A DNA stretch of 64,000 bases from a virus: the IMG/VR virus record IMGVR_UViG_3300017824_001452; one strand, given 5' to 3'. Shown here in pieces: positions 19,181 through 28,979 of the stretch (positions are counted from its first letter, which is position 1; each line of letters begins with the position of its first letter). Position numbers and translations under genes: made by a program. The notes under the pieces were generated by a model. That model was not told where the DNA came from. It searched no databases and worked only from the letters and a program-made list of their open reading frames with translations.

Positions 19181-19746
19181 GTACCAGAATAGAAAAAGAT
19201 TTAGGTTTTTCTACAGCAATACATTTTGCTGATACATTCATGTTAAATGAATATTTAATGACTTTATCTATGTTAGTAGAAACAGAGGACATTGCAGAAC
19301 AAAATATTGCTTTAGAACGTTTACTGCATTTTGTTATAAACGTATTAAACAATTGTATTTTTATCAACGAAAACAACACCAAAGAAATTAAAAAATATAA
19401 AGAAGCAGGTATTAGAGTTTGTGAACTGCCCGATGATCCTTTTGATCAAATTATTTCTATGGCACTTTTGCAAAAGTTTAATTCTATTACTGAAGGACGA
19501 ATTAAAGTTACAGACTGCTCACTAAGTTCTCATTTAAGTGACGGTGTTCGTTTCTGTACAGTTTCAGAAATAGTAGAGAGTAACATAGATCAAGGAAACC
19601 ATAAATGGTGGAATTGCAGTACACTCTGCATTGAACATTCTAAACCAGATGATAACAATGATAATATTGTTAAACTTTTTTCTAATGATGAATGGGAAAA
19701 ACTATCACTCAACTTTAAAAAGGGTAAAAAATCTTCCAAAAGTTAG
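19177..19746 (+). CDS. Hypothetical protein
   Basis: 189-aa coupled ORF with no recognisable motif. Confidence 0.6.
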   Translation: MSTRIEKDLGFSTAIHFADTFMLNEYLMTLSMLVETEDIAEQNIALERLLHFVINVLNNCIFINENNTKEIKKYKEAGIRVCELPDDPFDQIISMALLQKFNSITEGRIKVTDCSLSSHLSDGVRFCTVSEIVESNIDQGNHKWWNCSTLCIEHSKPDDNNDNIVKLFSNDEWEKLSLNFKKGKKSSKS

Positions 19747-19756
19747 ACCTTTTTGC

Positions 19757-19784
19757 TTGTAAATCAACAATAATAGTGTATAAT
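19757..19784 (+). promoter_or_regulatory. sigma70-like promoter (TTGTAA-16-TATAAT), apparently leaderless
   Basis: The -10 box ends 7 nt before ATG 19792 and there is no SD. Confidence 0.55.
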
Positions 19785-19791
19785 ATATCAT

Positions 19792-20298
19792 ATGATTAAC
19801 GATTATTACGGACGCCCTATATATACTGAACGAGATTTAGTAGATATCTACATGACAAATCCAAATCAGAAATTAAAAGGTGTTCTTACTAATAACAAAA
19901 TAGAAATTGATCCAAGCCTAGAAATAGAAAATGTTCCTGAGTTAATAGAACACACATTAGCACAAGTTTCTGTTGCAGATTTTGATGAAGAAATGCGAAG
20001 CAAATGGCATATGCCTACAAAATACAGAGAACTAGACATTGCTAAATGGTTACTAGAACAATGTAAACACGAAGAAGAAATACAACGTGTAGGAAAAGAA
20101 TTGTTATTGTATCAAAAACGCGGACAATTTCAACTATTGCAGTATATGAAATATCTTGTTGATTTAATGAGAGAACATAATATCGTATGGGGAGTAGGTA
20201 GAGGGTCTAGTGTATCAAGTTTTGTTTTATTTTTGATAGGAATTCACCGTATAAATAGTATATACTACGGTTTAGACGTTGAAGAATTTTTAAAATAG
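19792..20298 (+). CDS. Stand-alone fragment of DNA polymerase III alpha (DnaE-like)
   Basis: RVGKEL...YLVDLMREHNIVWGVGRGSSVSSFVLFLIGIHRINSIYYGL matches the DnaE GxGRGS region. It ends before the catalytic PDID aspartates. Confidence 0.8.
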   Translation: MINDYYGRPIYTERDLVDIYMTNPNQKLKGVLTNNKIEIDPSLEIENVPELIEHTLAQVSVADFDEEMRSKWHMPTKYRELDIAKWLLEQCKHEEEIQRVGKELLLYQKRGQFQLLQYMKYLVDLMREHNIVWGVGRGSSVSSFVLFLIGIHRINSIYYGLDVEEFLK

Positions 20299-20306
20299 GA
20301 AGCAAT

Positions 20307-20996
20307 ATGGGAAGAATATATAAAACGGCAAGGGGAAGATCACTAGACATGGCGTCTTTGATTGCGAAACAAGAAAAAACACGTGCTGTTAGTAATATTA
20401 ATGCAATTAATTCACGTGGTGATGAAATCGATCAAGCAGGAAATGTAGTAAGACCTAATACTCAACGAGTTGCAGATTCATACGCATCACAGGTAGGAAC
20501 TCAAGGTGCAGTAAGTTTACAAGAACGCCCTGAAAATCCTAATATTAGTAAAAGTGCTAATCCAAACGCTCCATTATCTCCCAAACAAAAAAGAGAACTT
20601 GAAGCATTAGAAAAAGTAGAGTCAGGTGCAGTGGAAGAAAAGGCGCCTACTGAGACTCCTATGCTAGATAAGTTAGTAGAAGAATCAAAACCTAACGTGC
20701 AAGAAAGTGTGCAACCTGTAGCAGAAGTGGCGCAAGAAAGTGTAGAAGAATACGTAGCACCCATTGAAGCAGAGATTGCTCCTATTCCCCCTGCAGAACC
20801 TGAAGAATTTGTAATGAAATCAGCAGACGAAGCACCAGATAGTTTCCCTGCAGAAGGAGAAATAGAATTACATCCTGAAGAGGCTGAATTAGCAGAACTT
20901 GAAGAAGACTTTGATATCGAAGCAATTAAGAAAGCGGCTTTAGAAAACATTGTAACAGAACAACCAAAAGCAAAATCTAAAAAGAAGGGTAAGTAA
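20307..20996 (+). CDS. Hypothetical protein with acidic low-complexity C-terminal half
   Basis: YKTARGRSLDM N-terminus; a perfect TATAAATA lies at 20250-20257 inside the upstream gene. Confidence 0.65.
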   Translation: MGRIYKTARGRSLDMASLIAKQEKTRAVSNINAINSRGDEIDQAGNVVRPNTQRVADSYASQVGTQGAVSLQERPENPNISKSANPNAPLSPKQKRELEALEKVESGAVEEKAPTETPMLDKLVEESKPNVQESVQPVAEVAQESVEEYVAPIEAEIAPIPPAEPEEFVMKSADEAPDSFPAEGEIELHPEEAELAELEEDFDIEAIKKAALENIVTEQPKAKSKKKGK

Positions 20997-20999
20997 TAA

Positions 21000-21377
21000 A
21001 TGGCAATAGGACTTAAATCTAATATCAATCGTATACATTGTAAATCATTGAGAGCAATCAGTGATAAAATTATTGTACATGGCATGGAGTTCGGTGAACA
21101 GAAACTTGCATCTGGTATCGTGCTAGTAGACGATGATAAAAAGTCTACAGGAATCAAGCCTAGATGGGCACAAGTATACTCTATCGGTCCACAGGCAAAT
21201 ACTGAACTTAAAGAAGGACAATATGTAATGGTAGCACATGGTCGTTGGACACGTGGTATTAACATTACAGACGAAGAAGGGGACAAGACAATTCGTTGTG
21301 TTGACCCAAAAGATTGCTTGTTAGTAAGTGATGAACCACAGACTAACATGGCATATGGAGATAAAGAAGGAGCATAG
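21000..21377 (+). CDS. groES: Co-chaperonin GroES-like
   Basis: LRAISDKIIV, KLASGIVL and AQVYSIGP...LKEGQYV match the Cpn10 pattern. Confidence 0.85.
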   Translation: MAIGLKSNINRIHCKSLRAISDKIIVHGMEFGEQKLASGIVLVDDDKKSTGIKPRWAQVYSIGPQANTELKEGQYVMVAHGRWTRGINITDEEGDKTIRCVDPKDCLLVSDEPQTNMAYGDKEGA

Positions 21378-21441
21378 TGTTCGGATTTTTTACTTATGTG
21401 TTCATGTGAATACATATAATGAAAAATTTAAAGGAGACTAT

Positions 21442-21822
21442 ATGAAATTTTTTATTTTCATTCTGGCACTAGTTTCATTCGGTGCTACAGCCCAAACGGT
21501 TATCAACTATGACGATGGTTCTACATTGACCCTTGAAGAAGGTGAAATGATTCACGTTACTAAAGGTAAATTGTATCAACAACGCACTTATAATAGCGGT
21601 AGAACTATTCAGTTCAAAGAGTTTCCGGAAACTGCTCGGCGTGATTATGTTGAAGTAGATAACGGAACTGATGACGACATGGCAATGGGATCACACGCCT
21701 GGTGTGATGCATATGTTCCATGGTCAGAAGGTTTGACCTTCACTATGGTTGCATGGCAACGTTATTGTGATACAAATAATGACGGTGTGTATGACGAAAA
21801 CGATGACGGTTGGGAAGGCTAA
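21442..21822 (+). CDS. Secreted protein with signal peptide and C-terminal EF-hand-like loop
   Basis: aaggag RBS, then MKFFIFILALVSFGATA|Q (Sec signal); DTNNDGVYDE loop near the C-terminus. Start corrected from 21328. Confidence 0.7.
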   Translation: MKFFIFILALVSFGATAQTVINYDDGSTLTLEEGEMIHVTKGKLYQQRTYNSGRTIQFKEFPETARRDYVEVDNGTDDDMAMGSHAWCDAYVPWSEGLTFTMVAWQRYCDTNNDGVYDENDDGWEG

Positions 21823-21825
21823 AAT

Positions 21826-21849
21826 AAAGGGCACATTGTTGCCCTTTTT
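21826..21849 (+). terminator. Rho-independent terminator
   Basis: aaagggca-cattgt-tgcccttttt. Confidence 0.8.
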
Positions 21850-21862
21850 CTTTAATTAATGA

Positions 21863-21891
21863 TTGACATCTATTCATTAATCCTATATAAT
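21863..21891 (+). promoter_or_regulatory. Consensus sigma70 promoter (TTGACA-17-TATAAT)
   Basis: Perfect -35 and -10 boxes with a 17-nt spacer, upstream of the clamp loader. Confidence 0.9.
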
Positions 21892-21923
21892 AACAGTATT
21901 AAATTAAACTCAATGAGGTATCA

Positions 21924-22847
21924 ATGAAGAATCAGTTGTGGGTAGAAAAGTATCGTCCGTTATCTGTAGATGATTATGTGTTTACAGATCCAATTCAAAA
22001 AGAACAAGTTCAAAACTGGATAGCAGAAGATAGTTTCCCTCATTTATTGATGTCTGGTGACCCCGGTACAGGTAAAACTACACTGGCAAAAGTGTTGATT
22101 AACGAATTAGGTATCGAAGAATATGACGTATTGACTATTAATGCATCACGTGAAAATGGTATTGACATGTTGCGTGAAAAGATTAATGGCTTTGTGCAGA
22201 CTATGCCGTTCGGCAAGTTCAAGGTGGTGCTGTTAGACGAGGCAGATTATTTAACTCAGCCCTCGCAGGCAGCCTTAAGAAATGATATGGAAGCATACCA
22301 TGAGACTGTAAGATACATTCTCACTTGTAACTATGCCCATAAGATCATTCCTGCACTAAAGTCTCGTTGTCATCAATATCATATTGCTAAGCCTGATATG
22401 ACAGAGTTTACAGCAAGAGCGGCAACTGTGCTAGTTACAGAAAAAGTTGAGTTTGAATTAGATGTATTAGATACATATGTTCGTGCAACTTATCCTGACT
22501 TACGTAAGTGTCTCAATCAATTGCAAGTAAACAGCGGCTCTGGCGCTCTCAGGCCCCCTCAGAGTGAAGGCCAGAGTGAAGATGAACTCTTAGTCGAAGC
22601 AACAAACTTGTTTAAAAGCGGTAATTTAATCGAAGCAAGACAACAATTGATGCAATATATCGCATTGTATCCTACTAGAATCGAAGATACATATCGTTGG
22701 ATGTATGATAACTTAGACTTGTTTGGGGCAAGTAATGAAGAACGTGATGCAAATATCATTGTTATCAGAAATGGTCTAGCAAATCTGCCGTTAGTAGGTA
22801 TCCCTGAGATATCACTCGCCGCAACTTTAGTTGAGTTGACTTCTTAA
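21924..22847 (+). CDS. Clamp loader AAA+ subunit (T4 gp44 / RFC small subunit-like)
   Basis: WVEKYRP, Walker A GDPGTGKT, LDEAD and the ALKSRC motif. Confidence 0.95.
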   Translation: MKNQLWVEKYRPLSVDDYVFTDPIQKEQVQNWIAEDSFPHLLMSGDPGTGKTTLAKVLINELGIEEYDVLTINASRENGIDMLREKINGFVQTMPFGKFKVVLLDEADYLTQPSQAALRNDMEAYHETVRYILTCNYAHKIIPALKSRCHQYHIAKPDMTEFTARAATVLVTEKVEFELDVLDTYVRATYPDLRKCLNQLQVNSGSGALRPPQSEGQSEDELLVEATNLFKSGNLIEARQQLMQYIALYPTRIEDTYRWMYDNLDLFGASNEERDANIIVIRNGLANLPLVGIPEISLAATLVELTS

Positions 22848-22864
22848 CCATATAAATAAATGAT

Positions 22865-23143
22865 ATGAGATATTTACTAATACAATACATTCGCAAACCA
22901 AATGGTCAAATAGATGAATTGGTTCAAGTTTCACGCAAATTAAAAAAATCAGACATGAACACAAAAAATGTGATTATGGACTACTCTGATAATTCAGTTC
23001 AAAAATGTGTTATTGAAGGTAATAACCACGATACAACATTTGAAAAAATGAGTTCTTATTACAAGAGAATTTACCCTAAACTGATTGAGCAACTTGAAAA
23101 AGAAGGACCAATCGAAAAGAAAGATAAAAGGAATAAAAAATGA
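22865..23143 (+). CDS. Hypothetical protein
   Basis: 92-aa ORF directly after TATAAATA (22851-22858). Confidence 0.65.
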   Translation: MRYLLIQYIRKPNGQIDELVQVSRKLKKSDMNTKNVIMDYSDNSVQKCVIEGNNHDTTFEKMSSYYKRIYPKLIEQLEKEGPIEKKDKRNKK

Positions 23144-23358
23144 GAAATAAATTTAAAGAAGTTTTGTTAGATTTTGGACAAGGAGCATACATATTTGCAT
23201 GGATTTTTGTTATTATGTTTACTTATATTTGGACATTGTCTCTTTTTAACTTCTCAGAAACAATTGAAGAATTATTAATATTTGCACCTTTATTCATTTA
23301 TGCCGCTTATATGATGGGCGGATTAAGAAGGCTGAATAGAAAATCAAAGACCTTGTAG
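23140..23358 (+). CDS. Small two-TM membrane protein
   Basis: Two hydrophobic stretches and a basic C-terminus; ATGA overlap with the upstream gene. Confidence 0.6.
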   Translation: MRNKFKEVLLDFGQGAYIFAWIFVIMFTYIWTLSLFNFSETIEELLIFAPLFIYAAYMMGGLRRLNRKSKTL

Positions 23359-23375
23359 GGGCAAAATCTTCAGTC

Positions 23376-23404
23376 GAAAGGGCCTAGAACGGCCCTTTCT
23401 TTTT
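23376..23404. terminator. Terminator between convergent genes
   Basis: gaaagggcc-tagaac-ggccctttcttttt. Confidence 0.8.
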
Positions 23405-23425
23405 GGTTTATATGGACCTATGAAA

Positions 23426-24211
23426 TTATTGATACATCTTTAGTACGTGTTCAATAATCTTGTGTCTCCGTATGTCTTTGTGATCAAAAGTACAAGCAGT
23501 CATGCCTGGCACTTTATGTAGATCAATTCTTTCTTTTAAATCAAGGAGCCCGTTATTGTGTGTTAGTCGGTCAGTCTGTTCAACGTCACCATTGATTACG
23601 ATTTTGCTACCCTCAGCAATCCTTGTCATTAACATTTTTATTTGTGACGGTGTTGCGTTTTGAGCCTCATCTAATATAATCCATGAATGCTTGAAGTTTC
23701 TGCCTCGGCAAAATGCTAAAGGTGTGATTTCTATGATTTGTTCCTTTAACATATATTCGATTTCATTCTGTGAGTAATATTCTCTCACCACATCGAATAA
23801 GGGTCTTACCCATGGTTCCATTTTTGAGTTTAAGTCGCCTGGGAGAAAGCCATGTTTTTCATCATCCACTGCTACAGCAGGGCGTGTGAGTAATATTTTA
23901 TCGCATTGACCTGATCTTAATGCTCTCATTGCCGCTAACATTGCTAAGTAGGTTTTACCTGTTCCAGCGGGGCCACTAGCCATAACGATATCTGTTTCAG
24001 GGTCATTTAATGCTATAATATATTTTTCCTGATTTATACTCTGAGGTACTAATTCGATTGGTCTACGTGACTTCTGCTTTTTGCTATACTTGCTAAAGTC
24101 AATGGTCTTTGAGGTGTTCATATAGAATGTGTCCTCTGCGTTGTATTGTGTTTCCCTGTGTCTGTATGGTTCATGTTTTTTCCTTAGTGCGCCTGTTTTT
24201 CGTTTACTCAT
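23426..24211 (-). CDS. phoH: PhoH-like ATPase
   Basis: GPAGTGKT, LTRPAV, GFLPG, RGRNF, ILDEAQN and GDVEQTD. Confidence 0.95.
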   Translation of the reverse strand: MSKRKTGALRKKHEPYRHRETQYNAEDTFYMNTSKTIDFSKYSKKQKSRRPIELVPQSINQEKYIIALNDPETDIVMASGPAGTGKTYLAMLAAMRALRSGQCDKILLTRPAVAVDDEKHGFLPGDLNSKMEPWVRPLFDVVREYYSQNEIEYMLKEQIIEITPLAFCRGRNFKHSWIILDEAQNATPSQIKMLMTRIAEGSKIVINGDVEQTDRLTHNNGLLDLKERIDLHKVPGMTACTFDHKDIRRHKIIEHVLKMYQ

Positions 24212-24369
24212 ATATAATTCCTATATTTTAAAATGAAATGAGAAATTGTTTTCTCATTAAATACTTACCTGGTTTAGGTATGTAAAGAATCAGTGGATGA
24301 GGAAATGTCGTTTTGTGATAAATACTAGCACCAGAAGAACATGTTGTAAAATTCTTTTGCAGTCCCAAT

Positions 24370-24385
24370 GAGATAAATACTAGTA
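24370..24385 (+). promoter_or_regulatory. Late promoter (GATAAATA 24372-24379, second copy 24317-24324), leaderless to ATG 24385
   Basis: gagataaatactagta is identical to 51671-51686. Confidence 0.7.
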
Positions 24386-25017
24386 TGACTAAAGCAATTA
24401 CAGGCGATAATCTTGCTAGGAAACAAGCAGATTCATTTTTCAAAGACATTGACTTTGTTAGTATTGTAGATACAATAAAAAATATCTATATGTCTGACGG
24501 TGCAATGAATACTTTGCTGGACTTTGAAAGAGTCTTAGACGAAGCAGACATATATGCATATAGAAATTGGATCAACGGAGAATTAGTACAAGGTCCTGAT
24601 GTAGGAAGATATTCATGTACATGTACATTTATGTGGCCTTATAAATTAATGCCTGATCCTAGAGCAACATTAAGACTTGCAACAATTGGTTGCAATATTA
24701 AAATGATGAAGTCTAAGATTGAAGTTCCTGTAGCAGTCACATCATACGAAGACTTTCAATCAGGAAGTCGTTACCCTAAAATGAAAGAAAATAAAGTTTG
24801 GTTTATGCAAATTGAAATACCTTTTGAATTAATGGATGATATTAAAGAAGGTAGTGTTGACATTGCAGAAGACACAATTGACTTATCAGAAATCGAAGAT
24901 GCATATGACAATGATTTAGAACAAACAAAATCAGAAGAAGATACAGGCAACGATATGGAAGCAGTTGATGACGTTACTCAAGGCGCACCAAATGATGGCG
25001 GAGCATTTCAAATCTAA
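24385..25017 (+). CDS. Hypothetical phage protein
   Basis: 210-aa ORF (LLDFERVLDE, MPDP) with an acidic tail. Confidence 0.7.
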   Translation: MTKAITGDNLARKQADSFFKDIDFVSIVDTIKNIYMSDGAMNTLLDFERVLDEADIYAYRNWINGELVQGPDVGRYSCTCTFMWPYKLMPDPRATLRLATIGCNIKMMKSKIEVPVAVTSYEDFQSGSRYPKMKENKVWFMQIEIPFELMDDIKEGSVDIAEDTIDLSEIEDAYDNDLEQTKSEEDTGNDMEAVDDVTQGAPNDGGAFQI

Positions 25018-25565
25018 TGACTATTCTATCTGAAAGTTTAAACTACATGGACATGGAAAATCAAGTTGTTCCTCTTGTATCTATAGATGAATATGCCGCT
25101 AAGATGGGAGAAGACAAAGATATTGTCACAGTAACTTTTATGGTTAAATCAAAATTAGTTGCTGAAGATTTAGTAACATGGTTTGAAAGAGGCTATGATT
25201 TTATTTTAGATGCTAGTATATCAGACGGTGAACTCTCACCTAACAAATGGTTAGTCTTTGTAGAAATGGAAAGACGTTCATGGGTAGCACGTAGAGTATT
25301 AGGTTTATTAAAAGATTTAGAAACACTAACAGGCATGCCTGTCGAAGAATATACTCTTAACATTGACGGTGATGAATATCCAATGGAACTAGAGATTATG
25401 AAACAAAAAATTATTTTAAACCCAACCAAATACGAGATTGAAAAAGAAGAACCCATCAATGATGAACTCAATGAAATGAGACTCAAAGCAGGTTTAGAAT
25501 ACAAAGAATCTGACACTCCCAAAGACGAATACATCAAATCACTTCAAGCAACTGCCGGGATTTAA
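25017..25565 (+). CDS. Hypothetical protein, possible head protein
   Basis: MTILSE N-terminus; C-terminal EMRLKAGL and LQATAGI motifs. Confidence 0.65.
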   Translation: MTILSESLNYMDMENQVVPLVSIDEYAAKMGEDKDIVTVTFMVKSKLVAEDLVTWFERGYDFILDASISDGELSPNKWLVFVEMERRSWVARRVLGLLKDLETLTGMPVEEYTLNIDGDEYPMELEIMKQKIILNPTKYEIEKEEPINDELNEMRLKAGLEYKESDTPKDEYIKSLQATAGI

Positions 25566-25579
25566 CGGGCAAATTACTG

Positions 25580-25608
25580 TTGACTTCTATATACATGGCT
25601 GTTATAAT
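25580..25608 (+). promoter_or_regulatory. sigma70 promoter TTGACT-17-TATAAT with extended -10 (TGn), leaderless
   Basis: The -10 box ends 5 nt before the dnaJ ATG and there is no SD. Confidence 0.85.
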
Positions 25609-25613
25609 ATAGC

Positions 25614-26450
25614 ATGGACCATTATCAAACATTAGGTGTATCACCTCAAGCCGATCAAAAGGAAATTAAAAGAGCCTATCGAAAACTTGCAGGTAAACAT
25701 CACCCTGATAAAGGCGGAGATGCTGAAAAATTTAAAGAATTACAAAAAGCATATGATACTCTAAGTGACCCACAGAAACGAGCAGAGTATGATAATCCTA
25801 ATCCATTCACACAATTTCAGCAAGGAGGCAATCCGTTTGGTGCAGATAGTCCGTTTGGTGATATCTTTGGTGATATTTTTGGTCAACGTCCTAGAGGAAC
25901 TAGGCGTCCGCAACCTCAACCAATGTATAGAACACAGTTAAATGTTACTTTACGTCAATCATACACAGGTGATATACAAACACTAGAATTAAATACTCCA
26001 CAAGGTAAAAAAGTCGTGCAAGTTACTGTGCCACAAGGTGTACAGACCGGGCAACAGACACGTTATGATAATGTAGTTCAAAACGGAACATCTTTAATTA
26101 TTGATTTTCATGTAATGCAAGATTCATGGTTTGAAAGACACGGAAACAATTTGTTATGTACACATAACATTTCAGTATTAGATTTAATTGTGGGAACACA
26201 TTTTAATTTTACTACGATATCTGGAAAGGTCTTAAAAGTTACAGTAAAACCCAACACACAACCAGGTACACAAATTAAATTAGCAGGACATGGAATGCCA
26301 ATTGCTGATCGAAGAGGTCCTAATTACACTTCTGGAAACAACGGTGACCAAATTATATTGCTTAATGGTATTATACCAGATACAATAGAGCAAGGTGTCA
26401 TAGACTCAATTAAAAAATATAAAGATATCCAAGACTTAAAGCAAAACTAA
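25614..26450 (+). CDS. dnaJ: DnaJ/CbpA-like co-chaperone (class II, no Zn finger)
   Basis: J-domain with HHPDK, a G/F-rich linker and the C-terminal domain (LAGHGMP, GDQII). Confidence 0.92.
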   Translation: MDHYQTLGVSPQADQKEIKRAYRKLAGKHHPDKGGDAEKFKELQKAYDTLSDPQKRAEYDNPNPFTQFQQGGNPFGADSPFGDIFGDIFGQRPRGTRRPQPQPMYRTQLNVTLRQSYTGDIQTLELNTPQGKKVVQVTVPQGVQTGQQTRYDNVVQNGTSLIIDFHVMQDSWFERHGNNLLCTHNISVLDLIVGTHFNFTTISGKVLKVTVKPNTQPGTQIKLAGHGMPIADRRGPNYTSGNNGDQIILLNGIIPDTIEQGVIDSIKKYKDIQDLKQN

Positions 26451-26475
26451 ATAATATTATACAGAGGAAAAACAT

Positions 26476-28758
26476 TTGAACACATCACCAGAAATTGAAA
26501 ATATTATCTCTAGGGCAATCGAAACTGCAAAGTCCTATAATCATCAGTATGTTACTATTGAGCATTTGCTTCACGCATTAGTAACACATCAACCGTTTAA
26601 AAAAGTATTAAATCAATTTAATGTTGATACTGATTTAATGATTGGTGAAATAGAAGCATACTTGAATGGATTACATGCTATCGAATCTAAAGACCCTGAG
26701 TGTGTTCCTAAGAAAACTAATTCACTAGAACGTGTAATGAATAGAGGTGTTACACAAGTTCTATTTACAGGTCGTAGACAAGTCACTACTATGGATCTGT
26801 ATCTATCGATTGCAACTGAAGGAAACACCCATGCACATTATTTCTTATTAAAGTATGGTGTAAACAAAACTCAGTTTATTGAATTTTGGCAAAAGAATTA
26901 TAGACATCAGGATAGTCAAAACATCAGTCAAGACCAAGCAGATGATATTTTAGAAGAATACACAACTAATTTAACTAAATTGGCTAGAGACGATAAACTA
27001 GAACCTGTCATAGGACGTGTGTCTGAAATTGATGACATTATTAATGTTCTAGCAAAACGTTTTAAAGCAAACGTATTAATGGTAGGTGATCCGGGTGTAG
27101 GTAAAACAGCAATTGCAGAAGGTATTGCACAAGCAGTTGTTAACAAAGAAGTACCCGAGTTCTTAGACGGACATGAAGTCTATTCATTAGAGATTGGTAA
27201 CTTACTTGCTGGATCAAAATATCGCGGTGAGTTTGAAGAAAAAGTTAAAGAAGTCATTATGGCTTTAGAAGTTAAAAAGAATTGTATCTTATTCATTGAC
27301 GAAGCCCACACTATGGGAGGCGCTGGATCAACATCGAATGGCTCAGTTGATTTTGCAAACATGATTAAGCCTGCTATTACTAAAGGAACTCTCAAAGTAA
27401 TCGCATCTACTACATGGGAAGAATACTATGAATCGTTTGAAAAAGACAGAGCCCTCATGCGTAGATTCTATCGTGTTTCAATTGATGAACCTTCACATGA
27501 TACTACAATTAGAATTTTACGTGGTTTATCCGATAGATTAAATGACTTCCACGATGTCAACATTACAGAAGATGCAATCGAAGCCGCAGTTGAAATGGCT
27601 GACAGATACATACACGAAAGAAAGAATCCAGATAAGTCTATTGACTTACTTGATGCCGCTTGTGCAAAGCAACGTGTAGCAGAAAACAAAGGTGTTGATA
27701 TCACTAAGACATTGATTTTTGATCAAGTAGAGAAGTTCACAGGCGTTCCTGCTGACAAACTTAAAGGTGATAATGTAGATCGTATTACTAACTTAGACGT
27801 TAATGTTAAAAGTAAGTTGTATGGTCAAGATGATGTAGTTGATAATGTAATCGAAAGAGTTTATGTATCGTTTGCAGGAATCGGCAACGAAACTAAACCT
27901 ATCGCAAGTTTCTTATTTTTAGGACCAACAGGCACGGGAAAAACAGAATTGGCTAAACTGCTGTCTAGTAACTTAGATATGCCACTGCTCAAATACGATA
28001 TGTCCGAGTATTCTGAGAAACACAGTGTAAGCAGTTTGATAGGACCTCCCCCGGGTTATGTAGGTTTTAGTGATTCACAAGTACAAGGCGGACGTTTGAT
28101 ATCAGACTTAAGTAAACAACCTCATTCAATCATGTTGTTTGATGAAGTTGAGAAAGCACACCCTGATATCTTTAATATTTTCTTACAGATGTTAGACGAA
28201 GGTACGATCACTGGGTCTAATGGTAAGCAAGTATCATGTAAGAACTGTTTAATCATTCTCACATCTAACTTAGGTAGTGCAGACGGAGAACGTTCAAACA
28301 TCGGATTCGGTGATACGGACAAAGTAGGCGAAGATGAAAAAGCAATGAAAAACTTCTTTAAGCCAGAGTTTAGAAATAGACTTGACATGGTTTGTAAGTT
28401 TGGTAAACTTGATAAACTATCTATTAAAAAGATTGTTGTTAAATTTGTTGCTGACCTACAAAAAGCACTGCTTGATAAACATAATATCACTCTTAACTTT
28501 AGTGAAGATGCAGTTGATTACTTAGCAGACGTAGGTTATGATAGCAAGTTGGGAGCAAGACCATTAGCAAGAAAAATTGATGAACTTGTAAGAGTCCCAT
28601 TGAGTAAAAAGATTTTATTTGAGAAAATCAAAGATGCTAATGTCATGTGTGTTATTGATCCAGACACTGGAGAGATTGATTTTGCTTCAACGAAAAAACA
28701 GGTTGCTCAAGTAGGTGACGATGGTATCATTGAAGTAGAAGATTCAGACAACATATAA
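26476..28758 (+). CDS. clpA: ClpA-like Hsp100 AAA+ ATPase
   Basis: Clp N-domain (IEHLL) and two AAA modules (GDPGVGKT/FIDEAH; GPTGTGKT/FDEVEKAH), with PPGYVG and GARPL. No long ClpB middle domain. TTG start after gagga. Confidence 0.92.
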   Translation: MNTSPEIENIISRAIETAKSYNHQYVTIEHLLHALVTHQPFKKVLNQFNVDTDLMIGEIEAYLNGLHAIESKDPECVPKKTNSLERVMNRGVTQVLFTGRRQVTTMDLYLSIATEGNTHAHYFLLKYGVNKTQFIEFWQKNYRHQDSQNISQDQADDILEEYTTNLTKLARDDKLEPVIGRVSEIDDIINVLAKRFKANVLMVGDPGVGKTAIAEGIAQAVVNKEVPEFLDGHEVYSLEIGNLLAGSKYRGEFEEKVKEVIMALEVKKNCILFIDEAHTMGGAGSTSNGSVDFANMIKPAITKGTLKVIASTTWEEYYESFEKDRALMRRFYRVSIDEPSHDTTIRILRGLSDRLNDFHDVNITEDAIEAAVEMADRYIHERKNPDKSIDLLDAACAKQRVAENKGVDITKTLIFDQVEKFTGVPADKLKGDNVDRITNLDVNVKSKLYGQDDVVDNVIERVYVSFAGIGNETKPIASFLFLGPTGTGKTELAKLLSSNLDMPLLKYDMSEYSEKHSVSSLIGPPPGYVGFSDSQVQGGRLISDLSKQPHSIMLFDEVEKAHPDIFNIFLQMLDEGTITGSNGKQVSCKNCLIILTSNLGSADGERSNIGFGDTDKVGEDEKAMKNFFKPEFRNRLDMVCKFGKLDKLSIKKIVVKFVADLQKALLDKHNITLNFSEDAVDYLADVGYDSKLGARPLARKIDELVRVPLSKKILFEKIKDANVMCVIDPDTGEIDFASTKKQVAQVGDDGIIEVEDSDNI

Positions 28759-28810
28759 TCTCACCTACAGACTATATAAGCATAAATACTCTTATAACAC
28801 GGAGATAATT

Positions 28811-28978
28811 ATGGCTAAAATAGTCGAAGATATGGTAGCAATCAAATTAAGCAAAATTGCAAAAGATGATGCTCCAGACGGTCAATCAATCATAACTGAC
28901 GAAATTGCCTCTCAAATAGAAGCAGTGGCGCAAGAGTTAGTTGGTGAATCAGTTATAGTAGAAATAGTGAGGGGATAG
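28811..28978 (+). CDS. Small hypothetical protein (55 aa), missing from the ORF track
   Basis: CATAAATA promoter (28781-28788), ggag RBS, MAKIVEDMVAIKLSKIAK...VIVEIVRG*. Confidence 0.8.
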   Translation: MAKIVEDMVAIKLSKIAKDDAPDGQSIITDEIASQIEAVAQELVGESVIVEIVRG

Positions 28979-28979
28979 A

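Noticed and set aside
20501-21415. 304-aa minus-strand ORF
   Set aside because: Lies antisense to two well-supported plus-strand genes, including groES; Ser-rich mirror composition.
24212-24384. tRNA or riboswitch in this long intergenic region; also the 73-aa minus ORF 24228-24449
   Set aside because: No cloverleaf or T-loop consensus, only short hairpins and promoter motifs. The minus ORF overlaps the promoters and a real plus-strand gene.
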